A model generated the notes under the pieces. It saw nothing but the letters and a program-made list of their open reading frames with translations, searched no databases and had not been told where the DNA came from. Positions 1-12,782 of a DNA stretch of 64,000 nucleotides are shown here, one piece after another. How positions within the stretch are numbered: position 1 is the first letter of the stretch; each line of letters starts with the position of its first letter. The stretch covers positions 43,696,891 to 43,760,890 of the forward strand of contig NC_068988.1 in NCBI RefSeq assembly GCF_001194135.2, in the 5' to 3' direction. Position numbers and translations under genes: made by a program. The DNA is from Octopus bimaculoides (taxonomy: Eukaryota).

Positions 1-739
1 TATGAGCAACATATATGTTAAATAAATATAGCTTCATACATCTAACTATATTTTTGACTCAAGTTTTACTTGGCTGCCAAAAATATTTTAACAACGGGGA
101 AAATACACATGGAATTTACTAGATTAGAACTAAAATAGAACTAAATTGGCTTTTGTTTGTGATGGGGAGGTGTGAGCGGAAAAGTTAGGGATTTTCTTGA
201 AGATCATGTAGTCAATTTTTGGAGTAGATGGTAATTATAAAGTCATAAATATTTCGTTAAGTTTAAGAGGTGTTGTATTTAATAAAGTGATAAGACTAAG
301 TTGTGCCAAGGACCTCACTGCTAACATGTATAGAGCGCATGGAAGTTAGTCGTTAAAACAACAGTTAGTTTGTGAGTGGACATAAAATTTGAACGAGCAA
401 GTAAATCAGTTAATTCTTTAATTCTTTAAATTGTTTCAACTTTAAACCTTCGGTCATGCTGGGTCAACACTGTTAGTTTATATACAAAAAAGAAAAAGAG
501 GGAAAACTGTAATGTGTGGACAGAAGGAAGGTATATTTTTTTTAACTGAAGAGGAGTCATGGAATGACAATTTGTGTGTATGTGTAGATGTATACACACA
601 CAAACACACACATATATATAGATTCATACATGGGCACGCGCGCTTACACACATCACACATCACACATATAATGCTAGAAAGGACCTATCGGGCAGAAACG
701 ATCATAGTGTAATATCAAACTCGAAATTTGTATCAGGTC

Positions 740-1217
740 TTAATATATATTAGTAATTATGTATGTCTGCATGCCTGTCTGTATGTATATATATGTATGC
801 CATTGTTCAGTTTTATTTCAAGATTACTTGCCCATAGAAAAAAAGCCGGTTTCTAACATAAACCCAAAGCTCTTTCATTGGAATTTCATCATCAACAACA
901 GGGTATTTTTTGTATGTATGTATGTATGTATGTATGTATGTATGTATGTATATATGTATGTATGTATGTATGTATGCAGATTTGTATGTTTTTTTTTGTG
1001 TATGTATGTTCCAGTGATGGATTGATCTGTAGTCTTCGAATTAGCTTTCTCCATTCTGGTTTTGAGAAGCCTAATGTATGTATGTATGTATGTATGTATG
1101 TATGCATGCATGTATGTATGTATGTATGTATGTATGCATGCATGTATGTATGTATGTATGTATGTATGTATGTATGTATGTATGCATGTCTGTATGTCTG
1201 TATGTATGTACGTACGT

Positions 1218-1281
<64 letters not shown>
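740..1281. repeat. Compound microsatellite (TATG)n then (GATA)n, hosting a retrotransposon 3' end
   Basis: Direct reading of long TATG and GATA tracts. Similar CA, TA, CATA, GATA and GA tracts recur throughout the window and explain most ORF-track entries. Confidence 0.95.
800..1075 (-). mobile_element. R4/Dong-like non-LTR retrotransposon, (CATA)n family, short 3' end (copy E)
   Basis: Reverse complement aligns to 12410-12708 and 47840-48214 (LGFSKPE..KLIRRLQI C-terminus plus 3' UTR). It has an internal (CATA)n tract and (CATA)n at both junctions. Confidence 0.85.
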
Positions 1282-1819
1282 GTCAACAAAAATATTTATA
1301 TATTTTCATATAGAATAAGACAGGAAGATATTTATACAAAGTCAACTATAATAATTACACATTCAAAGAGCAGGTAAAAGAATTCAAAAAAAAGACAAAG
1401 GATTTTATGTTAGCGATGACAGTTAAAACAATATTATCTTAATCGATTTGCGAACCATACAAAATACAAAATGCTTGTATGTATGTATGTATGTATGTAT
1501 TTATGTATGTATGTATGTATGTATGTATGTATGTATGTATGTATGTATGTATGTATGTATGAATGAATGCATGTACGTATGTATTGTATGTATATATGTA
1601 CTGCATCCTTTACATGTGTGTATATTTGTTGTTATCGTTGAATGTGGGAGACACCATCTCTGTTATGTCAGACAGTCGGATAATAAAGCTACAAATGAAC
1701 AGACTATTTTATATTCAACAGACAAATCTCTTACACAAATGTTTTGCAGTTGTTTAAATATTATATTAGGAAATGGCGCAGAAGCATTTTACCAATGAAT
1801 GCAACTGGACTCATGTTTG

Positions 1820-2045
1820 CCATCACATGTGCATAAAATGATGAGCCATTTGGTGAGTTTGTGCATAACCGCCTGACCTGCTAGAGATAGTAGTCAAGCA
1901 TTTTGTCGAATTACACTCTACTATCTTTAAAAGGAAGGGACACATAGAATAATCGATACCCGTAGTAAGACTCGGATGGTCATGGCTGGAACGCTTGATT
2001 TCAACGACAGATCTGCTCAGTCAGGTCCGACTCAGGGTTTAAAGT
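1820..2045 (+). mobile_element. Interspersed repeat 3' part (family E, SINE/LINE-tail-like)
   Basis: tagagatagtagtcaag...aattacactctactatc matches reverse copies at 37515-37715, with related pieces near 32925-33030 and 46150-46230. Confidence 0.55.
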
Positions 2046-2059
2046 ACAGCAGCTTCATG

Positions 2060-2253
2060 CCTCCTCCCCCACCTCAACATCATCGTTGTCATCATCATTG
2101 TCGTCATCATCATCGTCAACATCATCGGCGTCATCATCATCATTATCATCGTCATCACCACCACCACCACCACCAGCACCACCACCACCACCACCAGCAC
2201 CACCAGCAGCAGCAGCACCACTAGCACCACCACCACTAGCATCACCCCCATCA
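2060..2253. repeat. Cryptic trinucleotide repeat (CAT/CAC/CAG)n running into a gap
   Basis: Direct reading; source of the poly-His/Pro/Ser ORF artefacts. Confidence 0.9.
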
Positions 2254-2776
2254 NNNNNNNNNNNNNNNNNNNNNNNNNNNNNNNNNNNNNNNNNNNNNNN
2301 NNNNNNNNNNNNNNNNNNNNNNNNNNNNNNNNNNNNNNNNNNNNNNNNNNNNNNNNNNNNNNNNNNNNNNNNNNNNNNNNNNNNNNNNNNNNNNNNNNNN
2401 NNNNNNNNNNNNNNNNNNNNNNNNNNNNNNNNNNNNNNNNNNNNNNNNNNNNNNNNNNNNNNNNNNNNNNNNNNNNNNNNNNNNNNNNNNNNNNNNNNNN
2501 NNNNNNNNNNNNNNNNNNNNNNNNNNNNNNNNNNNNNNNNNNNNNNNNNNNNNNNNNNNNNNNNNNNNNNNNNNNNNNNNNNNNNNNNNNNNNNNNNNNN
2601 NNNNNNNNNNNNNNNNNNNNNNNNNNNNNNNNNNNNNNNNNNNNNNNNNNNNNNNNNNNNNNNNNNNNNNNNNNNNNAAAATTGCATAACGTGTATGTAG
2701 TATCTTCATTTGTATTCCACACTTTAACACACACCACGCTCACACGCACGCACACACACACAGACACACACAGACA

Positions 2777-2816
<40 letters not shown>

Positions 2817-3304
2817 GACATGCACACTCATGCACACACACACTCGTACATCCCTCTCACATTTCTGTCTACATGTCTGTACATCTGAATATGTTCTGTA
2901 CGTACATATATGTGTACAGTGCATGTGTGCCTATGTGTATGTATGTGTGTATACACACACACACACATATCTATATATATGTATGCATATATATGCACAT
3001 ACATACGTACGTATGTATATGTATGAATGTATGACGGTGCTCCAGCATGACCACGGCCTTAGGGCTGAAACGTATAAAAGAATAAAAAAAAGAATATATA
3101 TGTGTGTGTGTGTATGTACGTATCTATATGGTAAAAATTGTTAATTGTTAATTGATTTATTAATTAATAAATTGATAATCNNNNNNNNNNCACATATACT
3201 TTATATATACATATATTTTTAGTATGTTAGTAAACAGAAACATTTCATAATCCCGATAGGTTTCGTATTATTGTCTTTCGTGTCAACTGTAATCATGATT
3301 GAAC

Positions 3305-3770
3305 CGAAAGGATGCCTTTGAGTACTCATGAATTAAATAATATCGATTGCATTTCATCAAGCATGTGATGGTCCAACTTTAAAGTTAATCACCATGAAGG
3401 TTGGTATATAGAGGTTCTTATAAATTCGGTTTTGTTCAAGATTGGAGTGGCAGGCAGATGTCGTGGAGCTTCTTTGAAATTGAATAACTTTCTATGTAAT
3501 GTTGGTACTTTTGATTTCCAAATGTGCTGAGGTAGTGATGTAAGTGTTTTCCAAATGGCGGACGCAAAATTAGTTGTTGTGTTGGTACAGACAAATTATG
3601 AATGTGTTCTTTGACAACACTATGTAGTAAATGGAATCATCATTGTCGTTAAAGGATACTTTGGTGCGCTACACGATGCTGTTTTCTGGGCATTTGATTT
3701 TCAAAGACTTGACTCTTGTGCCATACCATAGCAAACACATTTAGATTTTTGCCATTGTTGACGAGGCCAC
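3305..3770 (-). mobile_element. Penelope-like element, decayed GIY-YIG endonuclease region
   Basis: Manual translation KCPENSIV*RTKVSF...YYIVLSKNTF...TTSAHLEIK...FMSTQRHP follows the Penelope GIY-YIG pattern (CP..C...VY.A.V...YIG.T...F...T.LS.H.W..K...EL.S.CRH), with stops. Confidence 0.6.
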
Positions 3771-4559
3771 AGAACGCCTGCCTTACGGCAATCTATGACG
3801 CTCATTACATAGCAAAAATTAACCTTTACGTTTTACTTGCTGAAAAGCTGTGAGATTATGTGACGCCTTGGAAAATGTTTTGCTGATTAGAGGGATAAAT
3901 CTTTTTCTGTAGTATTTGTTTTTCGTAGCTAGTATTGCATGGTGGATTGTACTATAAAAGAAATTTATTTATTGTACGACAGGGGTAGTAATTGTTTTAT
4001 AATACATTGCTGTAGAACAAGCAGCAAGAAAGAGAACTCTCAAATAAACAGTTTATGTTTAATTATTCATATGTTAAACTTCACATCAGTATCAACTGGA
4101 TTACAAGCCAACTAATAGCAAAATCAATTTTTTTATGTTGTTTTATTTTGTAATCGTTTCTAATAATATAAAAAAAAATTATTTAGTTTCGAATTTTCTT
4201 GTTAATAAGCACAACTAATCTACTTAATAGAATTTAATACGTTCTATGGTATACATTCTGTTTAATAAACAATACTGCATATATTCTTAACGGCGATGCA
4301 TGGAAACAAAATAGAGGGTGCAAGTCAGATTTGTTTGAGCAAATTTATAACCAATAACATTCTATTTGTCAAAAATCCGCCTTACTTTCAGTATGAGACT
4401 AGATTCTCTAATGCATTTTCCATTTTTGTCAACTCGCTCGAAATTTGATCGGCTAGTAACATAGAGAATGCTAAAATAGTCATCTGCATTTGATAAAGCG
4501 AAGTTCTTTAATAGCTTAACCGGGTGACATGTCGAACGATGTGCCAAATATGTGTAACA

Positions 4560-6420
4560 GAAATATCTCCTGGTAAAATATGAAAGCCTTCCTGCAAGCC
4601 TCTACGTGGTTTCTCGATCTTTTGAAATAAGTCAAATCTTTCTTGAATCGCACCCTGTCCTGTTTAATGTGAGCTGGCGTAGGGCTGACCAAAAGCATTC
4701 TCAAAATATTAAGATTTTGCCCTTAATTAATGATTTAAAGGAATACCAATATCAGAAAATGAGTATAGTGATGTATCAGATGAAAACTTTTAACTTTTTA
4801 AAGTGCCAATTAGTTTGGGTAGGGATGTAGGCGGTGGTAATGATGTGGGTAGTGGTGATGGTACGGGTGGTAGAAGTTGTGGTGATGCCGTAAACTGCAA
4901 CAAAAGCAATCTATGCCTCTTTTTCAATGCCAGGCATGGTCCCCAAAAATAGCTCGCCCTGCGATAGTCACCTAATATGTGGCCCATTAAGCACTCCAAC
5001 CTTATTTTTATCACAAGACAAAACTGGAAAGTTTCTGATAATGTATTCGAAGCAGTTACTGTCTCAGTGTTTCAACACATGTTTTGCACAGTAAATGGGA
5101 TGCCCAAGCTTTGTCTTGTCACCCAGTTTCATACTAAAGTAAGTAAGGTAAGCTTTCTTCACAAAATCTGTGATTTTACTTCACTGCCTAATCTAGAAAT
5201 AAGCAGAAGACATCGGGACTGTTTTTACATTCTCTTCTCTCACAACCGACCATATTTCTGAGATACAAATCATGTTGAAGCCAGTTGACAGCTGGGAAAG
5301 CATTTTCAGAATAGTCAACAGTTATAAAGTAAGCAAATGCAGATTTGCGATGGCAAAGTTCCATAAAGAGCATACATACCATGAAGTTCTTTTTGCAGTT
5401 CTTTGACCATGCTTAACGAAAAGTAACCTTGACCCATGTGACCTCACAATCTAAACATTAAGAGCACATTCAAAATATCAATTTTCATAAAAGACAGTTA
5501 AAAGTTCAACAAAACATATCTCATCTAGTTTGCAATGTTAGTCACACTAAATTAAGCAAAGCGTGGGCATATTTGCAGATAAATTCCGCAAATATGAGAC
5601 TATGTTGTCAAGGGCCTCCAAAATATGTTGTTTCTTAACATCTAATAGTATAAAGGACATTTCTGTTATCATCATGACATTTGAAAGCGGTTAGGTTGAA
5701 AGACTGAAGGTTGCTGAAGTTTGATACTTTTTATTTACTAAAGATACTTAAATCATAACTTTTGTTTTCATTTTTGTAGTTGTATTTACTTTAAATGACA
5801 TTGAAAATCTATGTTTTCAAAGTTATGCTCAGCTCCATACATGGGTTCGCATTTGAGGAAGTCAAATCTATCCTTAGTAATGGTGACAATACCAGAAATG
5901 TTGAAAAATGGACATCTCAGTTTGTGAAAAATCTTGACGTGATAGAGCAAAATGGGTTTCATTTTTGAAATCAGCACCCCTGAATTAGTAGGAAGCATGT
6001 TTCCAACATCAGGCAACAAAAACCCTGTTCCTCAGTGTTATCAAATGGCAGTGACATTCCTATCCATTTTTCTCATATCATAATATTACGTCAGAATGGA
6101 TTTTAATATGATACCAAAAAGTTTACCAGAATTATTTTTGACCATGTGAGCACCACATTAAAATATAACCATTCTTCCAAAAATTGAGATTGCGGAGCTC
6201 AAAGTATCATAGATATCATTAACGGTATTCGGGGCACATTGTAAAATCTTTCCATCTGTAAAATTTCCTTTCTGTTAAAACAAGAAACCATTTCTGTTAA
6301 ATGAGCTAAAACCTCATATCTTTAACTAAGCCAGAAAGAGTTCATTCCCTATATAGTACTCGGAGCTTTTCAGTAAAAATAGTACTTGATATTATACACT
6401 TTTTTTAGTTGGGATACAGG
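4560..6420. mobile_element. Possible decayed DNA transposon (unclassified)
   Basis: About 2 kb free of microsatellites, with a transposase-like stretch FEISQIFLESHPVLF...KILPLINDLKE and subterminal-type words (ttttgaaatcagcacccctgaatt, aatcataactttg). No TIR pair found. Confidence 0.25.
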
Positions 6421-6444
6421 AAAGAAAGTAAGACTGTTCCTTAA

Positions 6445-6688
6445 TTCTTTCTCTCTTTTATTCTTTCACTTGTTTCAGTCATGTGACTGCGACCATACAG
6501 GAGCACCGTCCTGAGGGATTTTAGTCGAATAAATTGACTCCAGGACTTATGTTTTAAGCATAATACTTATTCGATCAGTCTCTTTTGCTGAAGCGCTAAG
6601 TTACGGGGACTTAAGCACACCAGCATCGGTTGTCAAGCAGTAATGAGGTGGGGGGAAAATACAGACACAAAGATACACACACTCATAA

Positions 6689-6766
<78 letters not shown>

Positions 6767-6925
6767 GACGGGCTTCTTTCAGTTTCTATCCACCAAATCC
6801 ACTTGCGAGGCTTTGGTCGGCCCGAGGCTATAGCGTAAGGTATTTGTCCGAGGTGCCACGCAGTGGAACTGAACCCGGAATCATGTGGTTTGGAAGCAAG
6901 CTTCTTACCAGAAAGCCACGCCTTT
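6445..6925 (-). mobile_element. tRNA-derived SINE, family A, near full length, with internal (CA)n(TA)n microsatellite
   Basis: Minus-strand head ggcgtggct..tggtaagaagcttgcttccaaaccacatgattccgggttcagttcc carries pol III A/B-box-like motifs. Body shared with 31370-31712, 37741-38110 and 51805-51970. Confidence 0.85.
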
Positions 6926-8502
6926 GCTTACATTTTCTGAGAAAAAAAACAAAAACAAAAAAAACTTTGTTTTTTAACTTTTTTTATATTTACTTTCGTA
7001 CTTTTCACACCCATAGATAACCGGTCTTGTGTCTAGCTCCAAGAAGCCATTATTTGCATGGACAAAATAGGCCATACACATGAAATATGATGTAGCACCA
7101 AGGAAAGAAAACACGTTTCTTTCTCATGCTGTGATAGCACATAGAAAATATATTTACAAACAATCTTTTCAAAATAGTACATCTTACGCTTCAGTTAACA
7201 CATGCGCACAATATTTTCCGTTAAGTGAAATGAACTAATGAAATGAACTTACGCTTTACACACTTACACTCGAGAAAACTAAATACACAGTGGTTCATTC
7301 ATTATAATGTTTTTAAGGAAGTATACGAAGCAATGTATATATGTGTATTTTTGTATATGAGAGAATATACATACAGACATACATACACACATATGCATAT
7401 ATATATGTATATATGTATGTATGTATGTATGTGTATATATATATATATATTATATATATATATTTGAAAATTAGCGCTTTCAAATGCATAGAAAAACAAC
7501 GTACATTCACTAAATAAAGGAAGGGATGCATATGCAGATTCTAATATTTACAATAATTAATTGACCGTGATTTCGACGTATTAAGGTCACTGTGCACAAA
7601 TTATAGATATGTATATATATATCGTGAAGTATATTTGCCGCCTAAATGTGGCTGACCCATATGGGACGATGCTACTGTAGTTTATTGCCCCAGGGAGACA
7701 TCTCCAGCTGGCTAACGACACACTGTCTGCTCCTGATCAGTATTTGCGAAGGGATGTATGCATGTATGTATGTATACCCCCCCCCCACGCATATATATAT
7801 ATATATANNNNNNNNNNNNNNNNNNNNNNNNNNNNNNNNNNNNNNNNNNNNNNNNNNNNNNNNNNNNNNNNNNNNNNNNNNNNNNNNNNNNNNNNNNNNN
7901 NNNNNNNNNNNNNNNNNNNNNNNNNNNNNNNNNNNNNNNNNNNNNNNNNNNNNNNNNNNNNNNNNNNNNNNNNNNNNNNNNNNNNNNNNNNNNNNNNNNN
8001 NNNNNNNNNNNNNNNNNNNNNNNNNNNNNNNNNNNNNNNNNNNNNNNNNNNNNNNNNNNNNNNNNNNNNNNNNNNNNNNNNNNNNNNNNNNNNNNNNNNN
8101 NNNNNNNNNNNNNNNNNNNNNNNNNNNNNNNNNNNNNNNNNNNNNNNNNNNNNNNNNNNNNNNNNNNNNNNNNNNNNNNNNNNNNNNNNNNNNNNNNNNN
8201 NNNNNNNNNNNNNNNNNNNNNNNNNNNNNNNNNNNNNNNNNNNNNNNNNNNNNNNNNNNNNNNNNNNNNNNNNNNNNNNNNNNNNNNNNNNNNNNNNNNN
8301 NNNNNNNNNNNNNNNNNNNNNNNNNNNNNNNNNNNNNNNNNNNNNNNNNNNNNNNNNNNNNNNNNNNNNNNNNNNNNNNNNNNNNNNNNNNNNNNNNNNN
8401 NNNNNNNNNNNNNNNNNNNNNNNNNNNNNNNNNNNNNNNNNNNNNNNNNNNNNNNNNNNNNNNNNNNNNNNNNNNNNNNNNNNNNNNNNNNNNNNNNNNN
8501 NN

Positions 8503-8599
8503 CTAGGCTTACAAAGAATAAGTCCTGGGGTCGATTTTCTCGACTAAAGGCGGTGCTCCAGCATGGCTGCAGTCAACTGACAGAAAAAAGTAAAAGCGT

Positions 8600-8600
<1 letters not shown>
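8503..8600 (+). mobile_element. Family A SINE 3' part, after a gap
   Basis: aagaataagtcctggggtcgat...ggcggtgctccagcatggctgcagtc matches the family A tail. Confidence 0.75.
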
Positions 8601-8647
<47 letters not shown>

Positions 8648-8664
8648 CAAAAAAACACGCACAC

Positions 8665-8775
8665 ATCATGCGTGTCTGTGGAGTACTCAGCCACTTGCAC
8701 GTTAATTTCATGAACAGACTGTTCTGCTGATTAGATCAACTGAAACACTCGTCGTCGTAACCGCCGGTGTTCCAG
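8665..8775 (+). mobile_element. Family B SINE 3' fragment
   Basis: gtgtctgtggagtactcagccacttgcacgttaatttc matches the reverse complement of 13930-14040. Confidence 0.75.
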
Positions 8776-8959
8776 AATATGCATATTCTACACCACCCTA
8801 TAGGTACATATGGCTTTTAGGGTTTTGCATCACATCAGTTCTGTGAGTTTCATGAGCAGTTTCTTTATTATGCTAACCTTAAAATTGAAGACTTTTATAT
8901 AAGGTGGAAATTTTTAACTAAAACCATAAATGGACCGATTACAAGCCGCAGTACATATT

Positions 8960-9140
8960 GTCCATCGCTGTAATCAATGTGTCAATCCACACCGCAGGAA
9001 TGATACTGAATTTATGGATGTTAAATGGATGAAAGGAATAACTGCCCTCAGCGGTATACGAAACTCAAAAGCGCATAGAAGTGGGGAAAATACTCCAATT
9101 CATTCTATTCGACATTCTAACACCTCAGCCAATCCGCCTC
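8960..9140 (-). mobile_element. Old, diverged family D SINE
   Basis: Reverse complement gaggcggattggctgaggtgttag...ttttgagtttcgtataccgctgagg...cctttcatcc follows the family D layout. Confidence 0.45.
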
Positions 9141-11348
9141 ACACACACACATACACGTTTATTCATGCATACATGTATACACATAGAGACCGTTAAACAA
9201 ACAACCAACAGACAGACAGAGACACACGTACGCACATAAAATTTTGTATTGTATTGTAAGTATTGTTTTGAGATTCTTCGTTTGCTTGAGATTTTATAGC
9301 GAATGATATAATCATATATAGTTATAATTATATACATATAATGTGTGTCTGTGTTATTTCTGTTCTATTGTATTAAGTCTCTTCGTCTGCTTAGACTTTT
9401 ATGGCATTCGGAATAATTATATATACTTATAATTACATACATACTTATTTATATACATGCGTGTGTGTGAGTAGGTATATATGTATGTATGTTTGTGAAT
9501 GTGTGTGTTTGTGTTTTTGTTTTAATTTGGGTATTTGTAAGTTCGTACTTTTACGAGTCCATGTGTTTGTGTGTTTTATGACAGGTCGTGAACAGAATGA
9601 ACACAAAAGAATAAAAGGATTTTCTATTACCGTCGTGCAATATCAAAAGGGTCACGAACAAAAAAAAAAAGAGAAAAGAAAGAAATTAGGAAAACAATTG
9701 TATCTCAGTGACCCTCTTTTGTGAGAAATTGTCAATTTTACACGGAGCTTTACATAATTTACTGCCGTTCTTTTATATATGTCGGGTTCTTAGGCACGTG
9801 TTTCAACATCCACGTGATAAATTAGTCACTTGGAGATTCTGATGAAAATGTTCCTCTAATATTCCTTGTGTTGATACGTATTCAATAACAGTAGCATTAA
9901 TTTCTTTATGTATCCCAAGGGCAGTCTTTTCTACATTGATTTAGCCTGTAACACATATGTATGTGAGTCCAGCTTGTATGTATTTGTACCAGGAGAGTAA
10001 GACCAAGCAATTTGGCGGTGAGCTTAAAAGAAACAGAGATATATCTTCTCTCAATCACTAGTTTATTTCCTTTAGCGACACCAGTGATCTGTAAGATTCT
10101 TTATCTCTGCAAAGCTTCATTTCTCTCTCTATCTCCCATCACCATTCTGTCTTACCTTTGTCTGCCAATTTCGTCTATCAACCTTTTTTTTTTTTATCCT
10201 TTCTTCTTCACAGCATTGAAAGCTGATTTTGTTGTATCCATTTCTCAACACTTTTCTCAACTGGAGGCATTTCTGAAGAAGCTTTTTGTTAACTTGAAAA
10301 TCAGAAATGGTCGATTTCTCATAGATGCGCCAGAACCAATAATAAACGTATTGTTAATAAATTCCCGTTACACACACACAGACACACACACATACCATAC
10401 ACACAAACATACATACACACACACAAATATACATATATACATTCATGCATGAATGCACGCATACATACATACATTCATACGTATATGCATGCATGAATAC
10501 ATACACACATGTGTATGTATGTATGTATGTATGTATGTATGTATGTATGTATCAAACACATTTTATTAAATAGTGTAATACCTGCGTACTTATTTTTTGC
10601 ATTTATTATTATACTTTTTATAAATCCCAAAATACATCAATTAATGTAAAAAAGAGAAAACACGTTCCAAACAATGACTGTTTTTATTTTTTCCTCTTTC
10701 CTATAAAGTAAGAAAACACAAAGTACGTCAATAGACCAACCGACATATGACTCAATATCTCTTCATGTTTCCTTTCTCCGGGTATGACAAAACTCGTGTA
10801 TGTGAAAATAATTGCAACTGGAAATCAAAACTGGTTTTCGTTGACTAAGTTTTCAACACACCTTTTACGAGATCAAATACTCCCTTCTTCGATGGAAAAT
10901 TATTAAAAATTTCCAGCATACGAAAAAAAAAGAAGATTTTTCGTAAAGTCGTACCACAGCAAAAGTCAAATGCGCGAGACGGTTTCTAAACCACTTTTCT
11001 CCACTTATACTGATAATAATCTTAATAAATGCATAAGCACCTAAAAATATCGTCTTACACATTATAAATACAAACCTGGTATCTAAATTAGAATTAACAT
11101 ATGTGTACGTCATAAGATTGTCCAGAGACTACCAGAAGATGAGAATTCACAATCATCTGACCAGCTACCTAAACACTTAAACGAAATGGTCAGCCGTAGT
11201 TCTCTTCTCATCAGCACATATAGAAACCTATGTACATACATAATCATACACACACGCACGCACACACACACACACACACACACACAAATACACATGCGTA
11301 CACACACACATGCACACGCATGCATACATACATACATACATACATACA

Positions 11349-12708
11349 TACAATGTATTTGCAGTGCCAGTACTCTTACCAACATTTGGGCTACTTGATT
11401 GGACGCTTGATGAGGTCCGAGCTTTTTATATGAAATCGCAGAAGATACTAACCAGCACACATAATTTCTACACCAGCAGTGACGTAGATTGTCTCTACCT
11501 AAAACGAAAACAAGGGGGCATAGATTCAACATCGATCCAGACTCCCTTTGAATGTCGTATCATATCCGTTCGGCAACATCTTTTTACCACCAAGTGTCGA
11601 AGTGCATCCTTGACCAAGTTTGCATACATAAGACTTGGAAAGCAGCTCCTTGAGTAGCATTCCTTGTCTGATAACCTTAAATACATGCCCAAAGAAGTCG
11701 CACTACTTTACTGCAATGTATCATCACATGAAAGGATGAGCGTATATTAGCAGAAAACTATGCCTGGATATGTTAGTGGAAACATCCGGGATGGTAGTAA
11801 CATTGATCTTCAAAGTAGTCTCTCTTGGACCAACAACCGGATTATTAACTCCCTCTTTGAAGGTATGCGTTTGCAATCCAGGAACAGGAAATACCAACCA
11901 AATATCTGATGCACAAAAGGGACAGAGACGCAGGAAAAGTGGCAAAATGTGATAACCAATACAGACTTTGTGGAGTTAACACCGAAAGTATTACCTACAT
12001 CATAAGCAGTTGTCTGAATATATTCTCACGATATTGTCTACCGATGAGACATGATGATGTAGCTAGGACACTGTTTAATGAGATACATCGGAAGGATAAC
12101 GCCCATGACCAAAGAAATAAGAACCCACAGTGTGGTAGAAACTATAGCTACTCATAATAAAAAGGAGTACTGGTGGAATGTCCCAGAGAAAACCTCAGTA
12201 AAATGTAAACGTAAAGACCTGATACTATAATCTAAGACAGAAAAGAGAAAATGTGTAAGGTTGTGGAAATCAGCTGCCAACCGGATTTCAAGCATAAAGC
12301 TGAAGATCAGTGAAAAAAGAATATCTACGCTGAAGTAGAGAAATTTGCAATCACTCTATCCAGATTACAAGTGTTACATATTCCAGTGCTCCATTAATTA
12401 CAGGTATAAATTAGGTTTCCCCAAACCAGAAAGGATAAAACTGATTCGAAGCCTACAGATCCAAGCTGGAAGTGTAAAAATCTGTAGAGCATGTCTAGAC
12501 ATGCAACCATATGCATGAGAATGTATACATAAAACAAAACATACACATCTGCACATATACACACATACATATATACATACATACATACATACATACATAC
12601 AAAAATACCAAGCTGATGTTGAAATTCCAGTGAAGGAGCCTTGGATTTAGGTGAGAAATCGGCTCTTTCTCTGTTAGCAAGAATTCTTGAAATAAAATTG
12701 AAAAATTA
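11349..12708 (+). mobile_element. R4/Dong-like RLE non-LTR retrotransposon, 5'-truncated, (CATA)n family (copy A)
   Basis: Decayed ORF with the RT thumb (NVFAVPVLLPTFGLLDWTLDE...DVDCLYLKRKQGG), CCHC/RHD (RLCGVNTESITYIISSC...MRHDDVAR), the endonuclease region and the 3' UTR. Starts directly after (CATA)n and ends in (CATA)n. Confidence 0.9.
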
Positions 12709-12782
12709 CATACATACATATATACATACATACATACGTACATACATGCATGCATACATGCATGCATGCATAATACATACAT

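Noticed and set aside
665-712. Second hammerhead candidate (ctagaaaggacc-tatc-gggcagaaacgatcat)
   Set aside because: The core is not CUGANGA, the palindrome is broken and there is no stem I; at best a dead remnant.
1976-2253. His/Gln/Pro-rich ORF resembling a transcription-factor low-complexity region
   Set aside because: Cryptic CAT/CAC/CAG repeat open in several frames, preceded by a family E repeat tail, with no splice or domain support.
11115-11230. KIVQRLPEDENSQSSDQLPKHLNEMVSRSS, faintly like Gypsy pre-RT sequence or an exon
   Set aside because: Too short, with weak splice sites and no adjacent LTR-element motifs.
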